DNA of 24,414 nt from a virus (lineage: Duplodnaviria; Caudoviricetes): IMG/VR virus record IMGVR_UViG_3300017785_002713, positions 1 to 24,414 of that record; one strand, 5' to 3'. A model generated the notes under the pieces. That model did not search any database and was not told the DNA's origin. It worked only from the letters and a program-made list of their open reading frames with translations. How positions within the stretch are numbered: the first letter of the stretch is position 1; each line of letters begins with the position of its first letter. The position numbers and the translations under genes are program-made. Shown piece by piece: positions 1 to 7,252 of this stretch.

Positions 1-121
1 AAGATTTATCTTTTAATAATATCCAAAAACCAGTTTCTTCATCACTTAGATAAACTCTACCATCATTACCTAATCCTATCAGTTCTTTTTTATGATTAAT
101 TAATATTTGTATTATTTGCAT
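1..121 (-). CDS. Hypothetical early protein, runs off the window edge (MQIIQILINHKKELIGLGNDGRVYLSDEETGFWILLKDKS...)
   Basis: Manual translation; ATG at 121, 4 nt after the stop of the 126..395 gene; open to position 1. Confidence 0.55.
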   Translation of the reverse strand, partial: MQIIQILINHKKELIGLGNDGRVYLSDEETGFWILLKDKS

Positions 122-125
122 ATAT

Positions 126-395
126 TTAGAATCCGATTTCATCGGCATTATATTCTTCATGAACTTCTGGCTTTGGTTGTGGTTTGAAAGTATCTAATAC
201 TGCATAAGGCATATTTGTCTTTGAAGATATTGGAAACTTTACCTTTACATATCCTTTCTCGTCTACATTTTGGTCAAGGAAGTCTTTAAACTTTTTTACA
301 TTGAAACTTGCATTAGCAAATAAGAAAGACTTTGTCTTTTCGTTAGGTGGGTATATATTCATTCCGTCTGCGAAAACTAATGGTTCTTTATTCAT
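126..395 (-). CDS. Probable small single-stranded DNA-binding protein
   Basis: 89 aa, beta-rich and aromatic, with an acidic C-terminal tail ending in Phe (EEYNADEIGF); lies directly downstream of the ERF recombinase, the usual SSB position. Confidence 0.55.
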   Translation of the reverse strand: MNKEPLVFADGMNIYPPNEKTKSFLFANASFNVKKFKDFLDQNVDEKGYVKVKFPISSKTNMPYAVLDTFKPQPKPEVHEEYNADEIGF

Positions 396-435
396 ATTTT
401 TGTTTTAAATTAATTTATAATTCAGTTTTAGAAAC

Positions 436-605
436 TGGTGGGGAAGCTCAACTAGCTGTTCAATGGGATGCTTCTCATTGAGGCTCTGTTGATTCTATAC
501 AAGCTTCGTAACTTTCCCCCACCAATCCCCAATCATTATTGCCTGAAAGCAGTAGACCTAAACCATATCGAGTGAAAAATCTACTGCTCCCAACCAATAA
601 GTTGG
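436..605. ncRNA. Candidate structured RNA: long nested stem 436-524 plus a second stem 548-588
   Basis: Nested inverted repeats TGGTGGGG/CCCCACCA (436-443/517-524), GAAGCT/AGCTTC (443-448/502-507), TCAAC/GTTGA (448-452/488-492) and TCAATGGGA/TCTCATTGA (460-468/473-481); also AGCAGTAGA/TCTACTGCT (548-556/580-588). Confidence 0.45.
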
Positions 606-1241
606 TTATTCAAAGTCCATAGCCTTATTATCAACTTCACTCATTAGACTTTCAACTTCTTTTGAAGAAAGTATGTGTGAGTTTTTTATTTGTTGTGCTA
701 CCTTTTCAAGTTCCTCTAATGTCTTTGTATCTTCTATTGCCTTTTGTGCTTTCTGTTTAGCATTTAACATGCTGTTATTTGGCTTTATTTGCCCTGTAGT
801 AGCAACTTTAGGTGATGATATGACCCCTTTACTAGCTCCATGATTTCCATCGTCATCTTCGGCTTGTATTTCAAAGTATGACACTAAAGTATATCTTCTG
901 AAATAAGTAATTATTGAACCCATTTTTTGAGGGTCTGTATTTTCAGGTAGTATAGTAACTTCTCTGATTTGCATATCTTTTTCTTTTTCAAAGTTAGGGT
1001 CTGAATCTAGGTCATCAATCACAAGTGCTATAGCAGGTTTCTCACCTACATGGGTTAGAGGTTGAGTAATAGATACTCTATATTTTTCCTCAAGAGGTTT
1101 AATGTTTTCAAGTAATTGGTTTATATCAAGATACTTAGACTTGAAGAATGGGTTTGTCAGGTCTTTAGACATAACACCTATCTCTTGTTTTATCTTAGCT
1201 ATCTTTTCAATAAGTCTTAATGTTGTTTTTGTTGTTGTCAT
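606..1241 (-). CDS. erf: ERF-family ssDNA-annealing (recombination) protein
   Basis: NPFFKSKY, the ERF signature QKMGSIITYFRRYTL, and the following EDDDG motif. Confidence 0.88.
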   Translation of the reverse strand: MTTTKTTLRLIEKIAKIKQEIGVMSKDLTNPFFKSKYLDINQLLENIKPLEEKYRVSITQPLTHVGEKPAIALVIDDLDSDPNFEKEKDMQIREVTILPENTDPQKMGSIITYFRRYTLVSYFEIQAEDDDGNHGASKGVISSPKVATTGQIKPNNSMLNAKQKAQKAIEDTKTLEELEKVAQQIKNSHILSSKEVESLMSEVDNKAMDFE

Positions 1242-1486
1242 TATTTTATTTTTTTATTTCTTAATGTGTAAACAAAGTCATTTTTACCATAGCCTACATT
1301 CTCTATTCTTCCCCAGTAATTACCATTTGGTTTCTTTGAGAAGTTGTGAAATACATAACCATCTGCTATTAAGGTGTTTATAATTGCACCCAGTCTTGTT
1401 AGGTGATTTCTCAAACAATGGTTACGACTGATATATCCATTCTTTTTTAATTCGCTTTTAACGAAGTTGATTTGTGATGTTTTCAT
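1241..1486 (-). CDS. Small winged helix-turn-helix protein (HTH_39-like)
   Basis: LKKNGYISRNHCLRNHLTRLGAIINTLIADG fits the L..G.IT/S......RL.A.I..L...G pattern; TAATG overlap with erf. Confidence 0.65.
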   Translation of the reverse strand: MKTSQINFVKSELKKNGYISRNHCLRNHLTRLGAIINTLIADGYVFHNFSKKPNGNYWGRIENVGYGKNDFVYTLRNKKIK

Positions 1487-1487
1487 A

Positions 1488-1634
1488 TTATTTAATTAAT
1501 TTAATTATGTTGTTAAGTGCCTGCGTGTGGGTATTACCTGTAGCGAAGTATTTATCAAATAGATTTACTGTTGCTATAGCCACATAAGTTCTATGGTCTG
1601 ATATTGTTTTAGGTTCGATTGATATTTTTATCAT
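1488..1634 (-). CDS. 48-aa hypothetical protein, HicB-N-terminal-like
   Basis: Manual translation MIKISIEPKTISDHRTYVAIATVNLFDKYFATGNTHTQALNNIIKLIK; packed tightly between neighbours; ATGNTHTQALNN resembles the HicB-type T.G.T.EEAL.N motif. Confidence 0.55.
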   Translation of the reverse strand: MIKISIEPKTISDHRTYVAIATVNLFDKYFATGNTHTQALNNIIKLIK

Positions 1635-1638
1635 ATAT

Positions 1639-1764
1639 TTATTTTATAGAATAATTAATTGATAATGATTGTAGATAGTTAGCCCAGTTGTTTAATGTTG
1701 TAACTGATGTGATTTTTAGATTGTAAGTCTTATTATCTTTTTTATATGTTAATGTTTTTGGCAT
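1639..1764 (-). CDS. 41-aa hypothetical early protein
   Basis: Manual translation MPKTLTYKKDNKTYNLKITSVTTLNNWANYLQSLSINYSIK; first substantial ORF after the 1821-1849 promoter; 4-nt gap to the next gene. Confidence 0.55.
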   Translation of the reverse strand: MPKTLTYKKDNKTYNLKITSVTTLNNWANYLQSLSINYSIK

Positions 1765-1820
1765 TGTTTTATTTCATAGCCCTATAATGTTATTGATATG
1801 GTTTATCTGGCTATGTCTTA

Positions 1821-1849
1821 ATATTACTTTAACCATAATTAAAAGTCAA
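1821..1849 (-). promoter_or_regulatory. Sigma70-type early promoter
   Basis: Minus strand TTGACT-17 nt-TAATAT in the intergenic gap. Confidence 0.65.
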
Positions 1850-1898
1850 CTATTTACAAATGATAAATTGTGGATTATTCTAGCCTTATAAAATAAGA

Positions 1899-2978
1899 CT
1901 ATTTGAACTCTTTCCTTAATTTGTCTTTTTTCATTATCTCTGCATAAGCACTTGGACCTCCTGCTTTTCTTTCATCCATAGCTTCACTAGGTTCAACCAT
2001 TTCAAGCTCCCAATCCTCATATTTTCCATACATGTTAAACTCTTTTCCGTTGATTCTGTTTTTTTGAAGACTAAACAATGAGTAAGGTGTGTTACTTTCT
2101 TTTACATACTCACCTTTAGTTTCATATTTAATTCTGTAAACTGTTAATACCCAGTTAGCAATTCCTGTAATAGCACCAGTTCCTCTGATGTCATAGATTG
2201 TTGGTTCTCTTTCATAACCACTTGGCTTTCTTGCGTGTGCCATTAAGATAACTGCAACTTTATATTTATTAGCAATCATTTTCAAGCGTGTAACTATCTC
2301 TGCATCTTCTTGGTTTTTATCTTGTATTCTTCTCTTACCACTTTGTAAGAAGTCTAGTAAGTCAAACACTACAACCTTAACACCTTTCTCTCTTGATTTA
2401 ATTATGTGAGCTTCTACCCAGTCCATTGTAGCTGTGGCATAAACTTTAGGAACGTATATTGGCATAGTGCTAGTAATTCCTAGAGCCTGATACTTTCTAT
2501 AAAACTCTGATGGTGGTAACTCAAACTGAAACCATAGGCAAGGTATATTATTTTTAATCATGTGAGATGTTATCTTCATAGCAAACAAAGATTTACCCTC
2601 ACCTGTGTAACCTGATATAACTGCTAGGTTCTCGGCTTGTAAACCTCCCTCTAAAGCATTGTCTAGTTCTTCAACCCCTGTTGCATACTTCTCATCGTTT
2701 AATCCTTTGATGTGTTCTTCTGAACTTTCATACAAAGAAACCAACTCAATAGGGTGCATGATGTTTTCTTTCTCGATGATAGCCTTTAAACTTTCATCTT
2801 CTAATTTCTTAATAAGACCTACACAAGTATCGTTTACAAGTTTTTCAGGTAATCCAAACTCAAGGTTTCTCTCATGAGCAAACTTATAAACATTATTCCA
2901 CTTAGTAAAATCGTTTGTTAGTAGCCAAGATTTAATATTTATTTCAAATACATCTAGGTCTGTGAATATTGTTTCCAT
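1899..2978 (-). CDS. dnaB: DnaB-like (SF4) replicative helicase
   Basis: Walker A GYTGEGKS, FQFELP, Walker B VVVFDLLD, ILMAHARK, DIRGTGAITGIANWVL, KNR. Start placed at 2978 (METIF) because it gives a TAATG overlap with the initiator stop; the ORF track start is 3032. Confidence 0.9.
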   Translation of the reverse strand: METIFTDLDVFEINIKSWLLTNDFTKWNNVYKFAHERNLEFGLPEKLVNDTCVGLIKKLEDESLKAIIEKENIMHPIELVSLYESSEEHIKGLNDEKYATGVEELDNALEGGLQAENLAVISGYTGEGKSLFAMKITSHMIKNNIPCLWFQFELPPSEFYRKYQALGITSTMPIYVPKVYATATMDWVEAHIIKSREKGVKVVVFDLLDFLQSGKRRIQDKNQEDAEIVTRLKMIANKYKVAVILMAHARKPSGYEREPTIYDIRGTGAITGIANWVLTVYRIKYETKGEYVKESNTPYSLFSLQKNRINGKEFNMYGKYEDWELEMVEPSEAMDERKAGGPSAYAEIMKKDKLRKEFK

Positions 2979-3739
2979 TATTTTGTTATTCTGTGGTTGA
3001 TTAGATATTTTGATAATGTTTCTAAAGTCCAAATATCTGGGTATTTATCTTTAACAAACTCAATCGCTTCAATCACATCATCTATCTCAAAGGTCTTCAT
3101 AAGTGTGTTAGCTTCTTTAATATTTCTGGTAATAGCAAACTGGACTTCTTTCTTGGTCTTGAACTTGAGTTTCTTTTCCATGAAGAAAACCCTAATAAGT
3201 TGGATTGCTTTGTTACTATCCTCTTTCATTGTGTTTAGGTAATCTGCATAGTTAAACTCTTCAGAAGACTCCCCCACAACTTTAGTTGTAATGTCTTTTT
3301 TATATGTTTTCTTCTCTTCTATTCTATTCTCTTCTAAAGACTGGTTTCCGTCTGATTTCAGTCTGATTTCAGTCTGAACAGGTAAACCTTGTTTATTATC
3401 AAGGGTATAAGCACCATTTTCTTTAATAAATAACCCTGAAAACTCATCTAAATACTGAGTTCTTTTACAGTTGTGACTATCCCAATTATTATTCATTCTA
3501 TGGTGTTTTATTACTATTACCCCACTTTGAAATCCAATAATAAAGTTTTTTGTTAAAAGTATCTTTAAATCATCATCACTACTACCTATCATTCTCATTA
3601 TCTTCTTAGGATTACCAATAAATCCATCATCGTCTGTTCTCATAGCTAAGTGAAAGTATAATAGTTGTGCTGTTTGGCTCATATCCATAAAAGCATCACT
3701 ATCAATTATCTTCAAGCTAACCATTCTTTTTGTTGCCAT
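2978..3739 (-). CDS. Phage replication initiator (replisome organizer type)
   Basis: N-terminus MATKRMVSLKIIDSDAFMDMSQTAQLLYFHLAMRTDDDGFIGNPK is typical of phage replisome organizers; directly upstream of the helicase; contains internal iterons. Confidence 0.85.
   Translation of the reverse strand: MATKRMVSLKIIDSDAFMDMSQTAQLLYFHLAMRTDDDGFIGNPKKIMRMIGSSDDDLKILLTKNFIIGFQSGVIVIKHHRMNNNWDSHNCKRTQYLDEFSGLFIKENGAYTLDNKQGLPVQTEIRLKSDGNQSLEENRIEEKKTYKKDITTKVVGESSEEFNYADYLNTMKEDSNKAIQLIRVFFMEKKLKFKTKKEVQFAITRNIKEANTLMKTFEIDDVIEAIEFVKDKYPDIWTLETLSKYLINHRITK
3339..3382. repeat. 11-bp tandem iterons, probable replication origin inside the initiator gene
   Basis: GACTGGTTTCC / GTCTGATTTCA / GTCTGATTTCA / GTCTGAACAGG, next to a pyrimidine/AT-rich tract at ~3295-3336. 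Confidence 0.7.
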
Positions 3740-3759
3740 ATATATTTTTATAAATTAAA

Positions 3760-3890
3760 AGCCCAGTTCAGAGAAAGAAAGTTACAAACAGATGACCACT
3801 GGCATCTATGGGTTTCCCCTCTTTCTTTGCTCTGAGCAAGGCTCTTAATAATCAGTGGTGGTAATATTTCAATCGAATATGTTTGTACTT
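3760..3890 (-). promoter_or_regulatory. Structured 5' leader of the replication operon
   Basis: Nested stems 3766-3773/3830-3837, 3774-3781/3821-3828 and 3790-3794/3803-3807; loop ACCACTG complementary to CAGTGGT at 3853-3859; TACAAACA 3783-3790 complementary to TGTTTGTA 3880-3887. Confidence 0.55.
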
Positions 3891-3903
3891 ATCCGATGTC
3901 TTT

Positions 3904-3933
3904 ATTATAATTTATAAATCACCACTAATGCAA
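3904..3933 (-). promoter_or_regulatory. Leftward sigma70 promoter for the replication operon
   Basis: Minus strand TTGCAT-18 nt-TATAAT. Confidence 0.65.
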
Positions 3934-3954
3934 GTTATTTAAAGTTCTAATATA

Positions 3955-3983
3955 ATCATAGCATATTTGTTTTAAATAAGCAA
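3955..3983 (-). promoter_or_regulatory. Second leftward sigma70 promoter
   Basis: Minus strand TTGCTT-17 nt-TATGAT with an extended -10 TG. Confidence 0.5.
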
Positions 3984-3995
3984 GTGTGCTATACT
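3967..3995 (+). promoter_or_regulatory. Rightward sigma70 promoter, overlapping the leftward one
   Basis: TTGTTT-17 nt-TATACT with an extended -10 TG. Confidence 0.6.
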
Positions 3996-4071
3996 GAAAA
4001 TAGTCCTAGACAAATATTAGATTTAGGATTAACTTACGGCATTTTCTCTATACATTCATCGTAAGTGGTGT

Positions 4072-4770
4072 ATGGAGAAGACGCATAATAAAATGCAAGA
4101 ATTAACAAAAGAAGATAGATTAAAACTGTTTATAGAAAGATACCCAGAGCAATACACAAAGTCTTTAGGTGTATATAAACTTAAACCTGAAAAAATAAAA
4201 GACATATATGAAAGAGCTATAAGATTAAAGGAATATAGAAAACAGTATATTAGACAATATAGAATAAAAAACAAAGATAAACTTGAAGAAAAAAGAAAAT
4301 ATTTACAATCTTTGAAACCAAAAAAAATAAAAAAAATACGAGATGAGCTTTACTATGTTGAAAAAAGGAAAAAAAATAACGAAAGAGATAGATTAAAACG
4401 TTTAAATAATCCAGAAAAATATAGAATATTATCTCGTAATAAGTATTGGAGAAATAGAGAAAAACATAAGTTAAAAATTAACAGATATTTACATGACAAT
4501 AAAGAGTCTGTAAAAAAACAACAAAAAAACTATAGGTTTACTTTTCCTGAAAAAACAAAAGCCCGTTATTTATATTCTGTAGAAATAAAAAAGGGTAATG
4601 TAAAAAATTTGCCATGCGAGAATTGTGGAACTTTAAAAACACATGCTCACCATGATGACTATAATTTTCCTTTAAAAGTAAGATACTTATGTTCAAAACA
4701 CCATCATGAATTTCATAGGGAACATACCTATGACACAGAAACTTTCACTTATTTAAAAAAGATTATATAA
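4072..4770 (+). CDS. HNH-type endonuclease with long basic helical N-terminus
   Basis: C-terminal CENCG...HAHHDDY..PLKVRYLCSKHHHEFH; very K/R-rich N-terminal region. Start may be 4093. Confidence 0.75.
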   Translation: MEKTHNKMQELTKEDRLKLFIERYPEQYTKSLGVYKLKPEKIKDIYERAIRLKEYRKQYIRQYRIKNKDKLEEKRKYLQSLKPKKIKKIRDELYYVEKRKKNNERDRLKRLNNPEKYRILSRNKYWRNREKHKLKINRYLHDNKESVKKQQKNYRFTFPEKTKARYLYSVEIKKGNVKNLPCENCGTLKTHAHHDDYNFPLKVRYLCSKHHHEFHREHTYDTETFTYLKKII

Positions 4771-4777
4771 TAATTAT

Positions 4778-4909
4778 ATGACACAAAAAGAAATAGAACT
4801 TAAAGAAATATTCTTAAATGAATACTGGAAGTTCATTGAAAAGTTTGAAATAAAGCACAAGTGTAAGTGGTATGGTAATTTAACTGACTTAAATATTAAA
4901 AGAAAATGA
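4778..4909 (+). CDS. 43-aa hypothetical protein
   Basis: Manual translation MTQKEIELKRIFLNEYWKFIEKFEIKHKCKWYGNLTDLNIKRK; ATGA overlap with ninG. Confidence 0.6.
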   Translation: MTQKEIELKEIFLNEYWKFIEKFEIKHKCKWYGNLTDLNIKRK

Positions 4910-5343
4910 AACGCACACAAATAAAGCGAGGAACTAAAACTTTAAAAAGAAGTCCTCTAAAGAAAAAGACTAAGATAAAGAAGGTTACTAAAACCCCTGT
5001 AGGCTTACTAAAGAGAAAACTATGGACTTTGTTCTCTCTCTACATAAGACAACGTGATAACTTTACATGCTTTACTTGTGGAAGAATAGGAGAAGGTTCA
5101 GGAATACACGCTGGACACTTTATTTCAAAAGCAATAGGTGGAATAGACTTATACTTTGACGAGGAGAATGTACATGCACAATGCTATCACTGCAATATAA
5201 ATCTTGGAGGTAACCAATACGAATACAGTTTAAGACTAGGAGAAAAATCTAAAGAGCTATACCAAAGAAAAAACAAAGACTTTAAAAAATGGACAGAAGA
5301 AGATTATCTTAAGAAGATAGACTACTATAAATCCCTAATATAG
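4906..5343 (+). CDS. ninG: NinG/Rap-family recombination endonuclease
   Basis: FSLYIRQRD..TCFTCG, HAGHFIS, FDEENVHAQCYHCN and GNQYEY match lambda NinG motifs. Confidence 0.85.
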   Translation: MKRTQIKRGTKTLKRSPLKKKTKIKKVTKTPVGLLKRKLWTLFSLYIRQRDNFTCFTCGRIGEGSGIHAGHFISKAIGGIDLYFDEENVHAQCYHCNINLGGNQYEYSLRLGEKSKELYQRKNKDFKKWTEEDYLKKIDYYKSLI

Positions 5344-5373
5344 TTGCAAAATACATTCTTTTTATGGTATAAT
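5344..5373 (+). promoter_or_regulatory. Sigma70 promoter, probably producing a leaderless mRNA
   Basis: TTGCAA-18 nt-TATAAT with TG extension; ATG begins at 5380, the expected +1. Confidence 0.65.
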
Positions 5374-5379
5374 AAACAC

Positions 5380-5598
5380 ATGAAAACAATAATAATAATC
5401 GGTGGGTTGTTAATATCAACAGTAGCTATAGCAGCGGCATTAGACTTAAGAGTAGAAACTACAGAGATATTTGGAACCTTCCAATCACAAAATCAATTAA
5501 CAACATATAAGTTTAAAGATGGTGCTATAACTTGTTATGGACAGGTTATAAAAAGAAATGGACTAGCTGTATCTGAATCATTAAGTTGTATTAAATAA
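5380..5598 (+). CDS. Small exported protein with signal peptide
   Basis: MKTIIIIGGLLISTVAIAAA reads as a Sec signal peptide; two Cys in the mature part. The TTG start at 5344 in the ORF track is the promoter -35. Confidence 0.65.
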   Translation: MKTIIIIGGLLISTVAIAAALDLRVETTEIFGTFQSQNQLTTYKFKDGAITCYGQVIKRNGLAVSESLSCIK

Positions 5599-5599
5599 T

Positions 5600-5980
5600 A
5601 TGGAAATATTACCAGAAGATTTAAATACACCTATGACAGTTGAGGAGTATGAAGCTAAATATGGTTCTATAAAAAGAGAACATGATAACTCATACGCCAG
5701 TGAACTTGTTAGTAGGGGTGAAAAATTTGGAAAAAATAGACATTGGAGTGAGTGTAAGTTTCAAAAAGGTGATAAAGTGTTAATAACAGGAGCATCTATA
5801 TCAGGTGATAATGTTTGGAAAGATAGAAAATGTATTGTTTATGGTACAGGAATAGCACCATTTGACTACTACACAATAGCCAATCCATCAGTTATAGATG
5901 AATCAGGACTTGAAGATTTAGACTTTGCACAAACACTTACTTTCCCAGGTGAATCATTAAAAATGTTAAGAAAAGCATAA
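5600..5980 (+). CDS. Hypothetical protein (possible SH3/KOW-like barrel)
   Basis: 126-aa ORF, tightly coupled to neighbours; FQKGDKVLITG motif. Confidence 0.6.
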   Translation: MEILPEDLNTPMTVEEYEAKYGSIKREHDNSYASELVSRGEKFGKNRHWSECKFQKGDKVLITGASISGDNVWKDRKCIVYGTGIAPFDYYTIANPSVIDESGLEDLDFAQTLTFPGESLKMLRKA

Positions 5981-6834
5981 TGGCAGAAAAAGTAGTTAGA
6001 CCAGAAGATATAAAAATACCAGTTGAGTGTTTTTTATATCAGACAGGAGGACAACAGATACAAAATGAAGGTGGGGAGCATTATCAGATAGAGTCTTTAG
6101 ATTTTAGAGATGATTTTAAAATGTATATAAAAGGTGCAGAGTTTCCATTTGAGGGATATGTTACTAATGATATGCTATGGTCTACTAATCAAGCTAAATC
6201 AGTATTCATTGAAGGAGTAAAGTTATTAACAAAACCATTATTCATAATACCTACTGTTTTAACTCTTATATTCTTTAGAAATCACCTAATACAACCTTTT
6301 ACATGGTTAGGACATAGAATAATGTCGCCTATAATGTTAAAGGATAAACACATATCAAAGTTTGCAAGAGAGCTACAATACATGATATTTGAGTTTCTAA
6401 GACACTTGATACCAGAGGATAAAGCAGATAAGGTGTCAGAGATATTTTGTAGGATAATTGATAATGATGACGCTTATAAGCAAAGGTTAAAAGACTTATT
6501 TTCAATGACAACTAAGAAGAAACTATTAAAACCTAAAGAATTATCACGATTGGTTAATATAATGGATAAAAGGCAAATGAATGGTACATGTTCATGGGTT
6601 AAGAAAGTAAAAGCGGTTGTATTGTTATTAAGATTATCACTACTCATACCAAGTGCTAGAAAGGGCTATAAATCAGCAGTACAGAATATCAATATGGATA
6701 ACTTAATATTACATTGGGAGGATATGTACTGGTCAGTATATAAAAAGGATTATGACTTTGGAGGAATGACCATTGAACAGAGAAAACAGTTAGCAAAGGA
6801 TAAAGGTTGGAAATATCCAAATCAAATGGTATAA
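5980..6834 (+). CDS. Hypothetical protein
   Basis: 284-aa ORF with TAATG overlap; one hydrophobic stretch (LFIIPTVLTLIFF); no family recognised. Confidence 0.7.
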   Translation: MAEKVVRPEDIKIPVECFLYQTGGQQIQNEGGEHYQIESLDFRDDFKMYIKGAEFPFEGYVTNDMLWSTNQAKSVFIEGVKLLTKPLFIIPTVLTLIFFRNHLIQPFTWLGHRIMSPIMLKDKHISKFARELQYMIFEFLRHLIPEDKADKVSEIFCRIIDNDDAYKQRLKDLFSMTTKKKLLKPKELSRLVNIMDKRQMNGTCSWVKKVKAVVLLLRLSLLIPSARKGYKSAVQNINMDNLILHWEDMYWSVYKKDYDFGGMTIEQRKQLAKDKGWKYPNQMV

Positions 6835-6841
6835 TAATATT

Positions 6842-6928
6842 ATGGTATGGAAATTATTAAAAAAAATATTTAATTTTACAGATGAAGAAATCCAAGACAT
6901 TAAAAAAAGATTTGAAGAATACGTTTGA
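6842..6928 (+). CDS. 28-aa peptide, possibly leaderless
   Basis: MVWKLLKKIFNFTDEEIQDIKKRFEEYV; extended -10 TGGTATAAT at 6827-6835 ends 6 nt before the ATG. Confidence 0.4.
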   Translation: MVWKLLKKIFNFTDEEIQDIKKRFEEYV

Positions 6929-6929
6929 G

Positions 6930-7022
6930 ATGAGTCGTAAAGAAACGATTGTACAGTACACAAAATTAATATTTGGATTATATGGATTAATATTACTTAC
7001 CATAATAGCTATAAAAATATGA
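6930..7022 (+). CDS. Small single-pass membrane peptide
   Basis: MSRKETIVQYTKLIFGLYGLILLTIIAIKI; ATGA overlap with the 7019 ORF; alternative in-frame ATG at 6882. Confidence 0.45.
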   Translation: MSRKETIVQYTKLIFGLYGLILLTIIAIKI

Positions 7023-7252
7023 TAATATATAACAAAGAGAAGAAAAAAGGATTTAGAGGTTATAAGTATATAGCTAAAGCATATATTGATGAGCAAGGTA
7101 ATGAGATAACAAAAGATACAAAGGAAGGTACTGATATGATTGAGATAGTTTGTGATATAATATCAACAGATAAAGAAGAAGATGTTTTAAATAAGTTAAA
7201 ACAAAATATTATTAATAAAATAAAAGAATATAAACCTATATGGAAAGGATAG
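7019..7252 (+). CDS. Hypothetical protein
   Basis: 77-aa ORF overlapping the terS start. Confidence 0.6.
   Translation: MIIYNKEKKKGFRGYKYIAKAYIDEQGNEITKDTKEGTDMIEIVCDIISTDKEEDVLNKLKQNIINKIKEYKPIWKG

Noticed and set aside
435-442. Chi-like site (CTGGTGG)
   Set aside because: Not the full GCTGGTGG; single occurrence; host Chi sequence unknown.
436-524. tRNA or tmRNA, suggested by GGGG...CCCCACCA ends
   Set aside because: No D-arm or T-arm (no GTTCRA), imperfect acceptor pairing and a rod-like fold; too short for tmRNA.
3339-3382. CRISPR or mini-array
   Set aside because: Tandem 11-mers without spacers; better explained as iterons.
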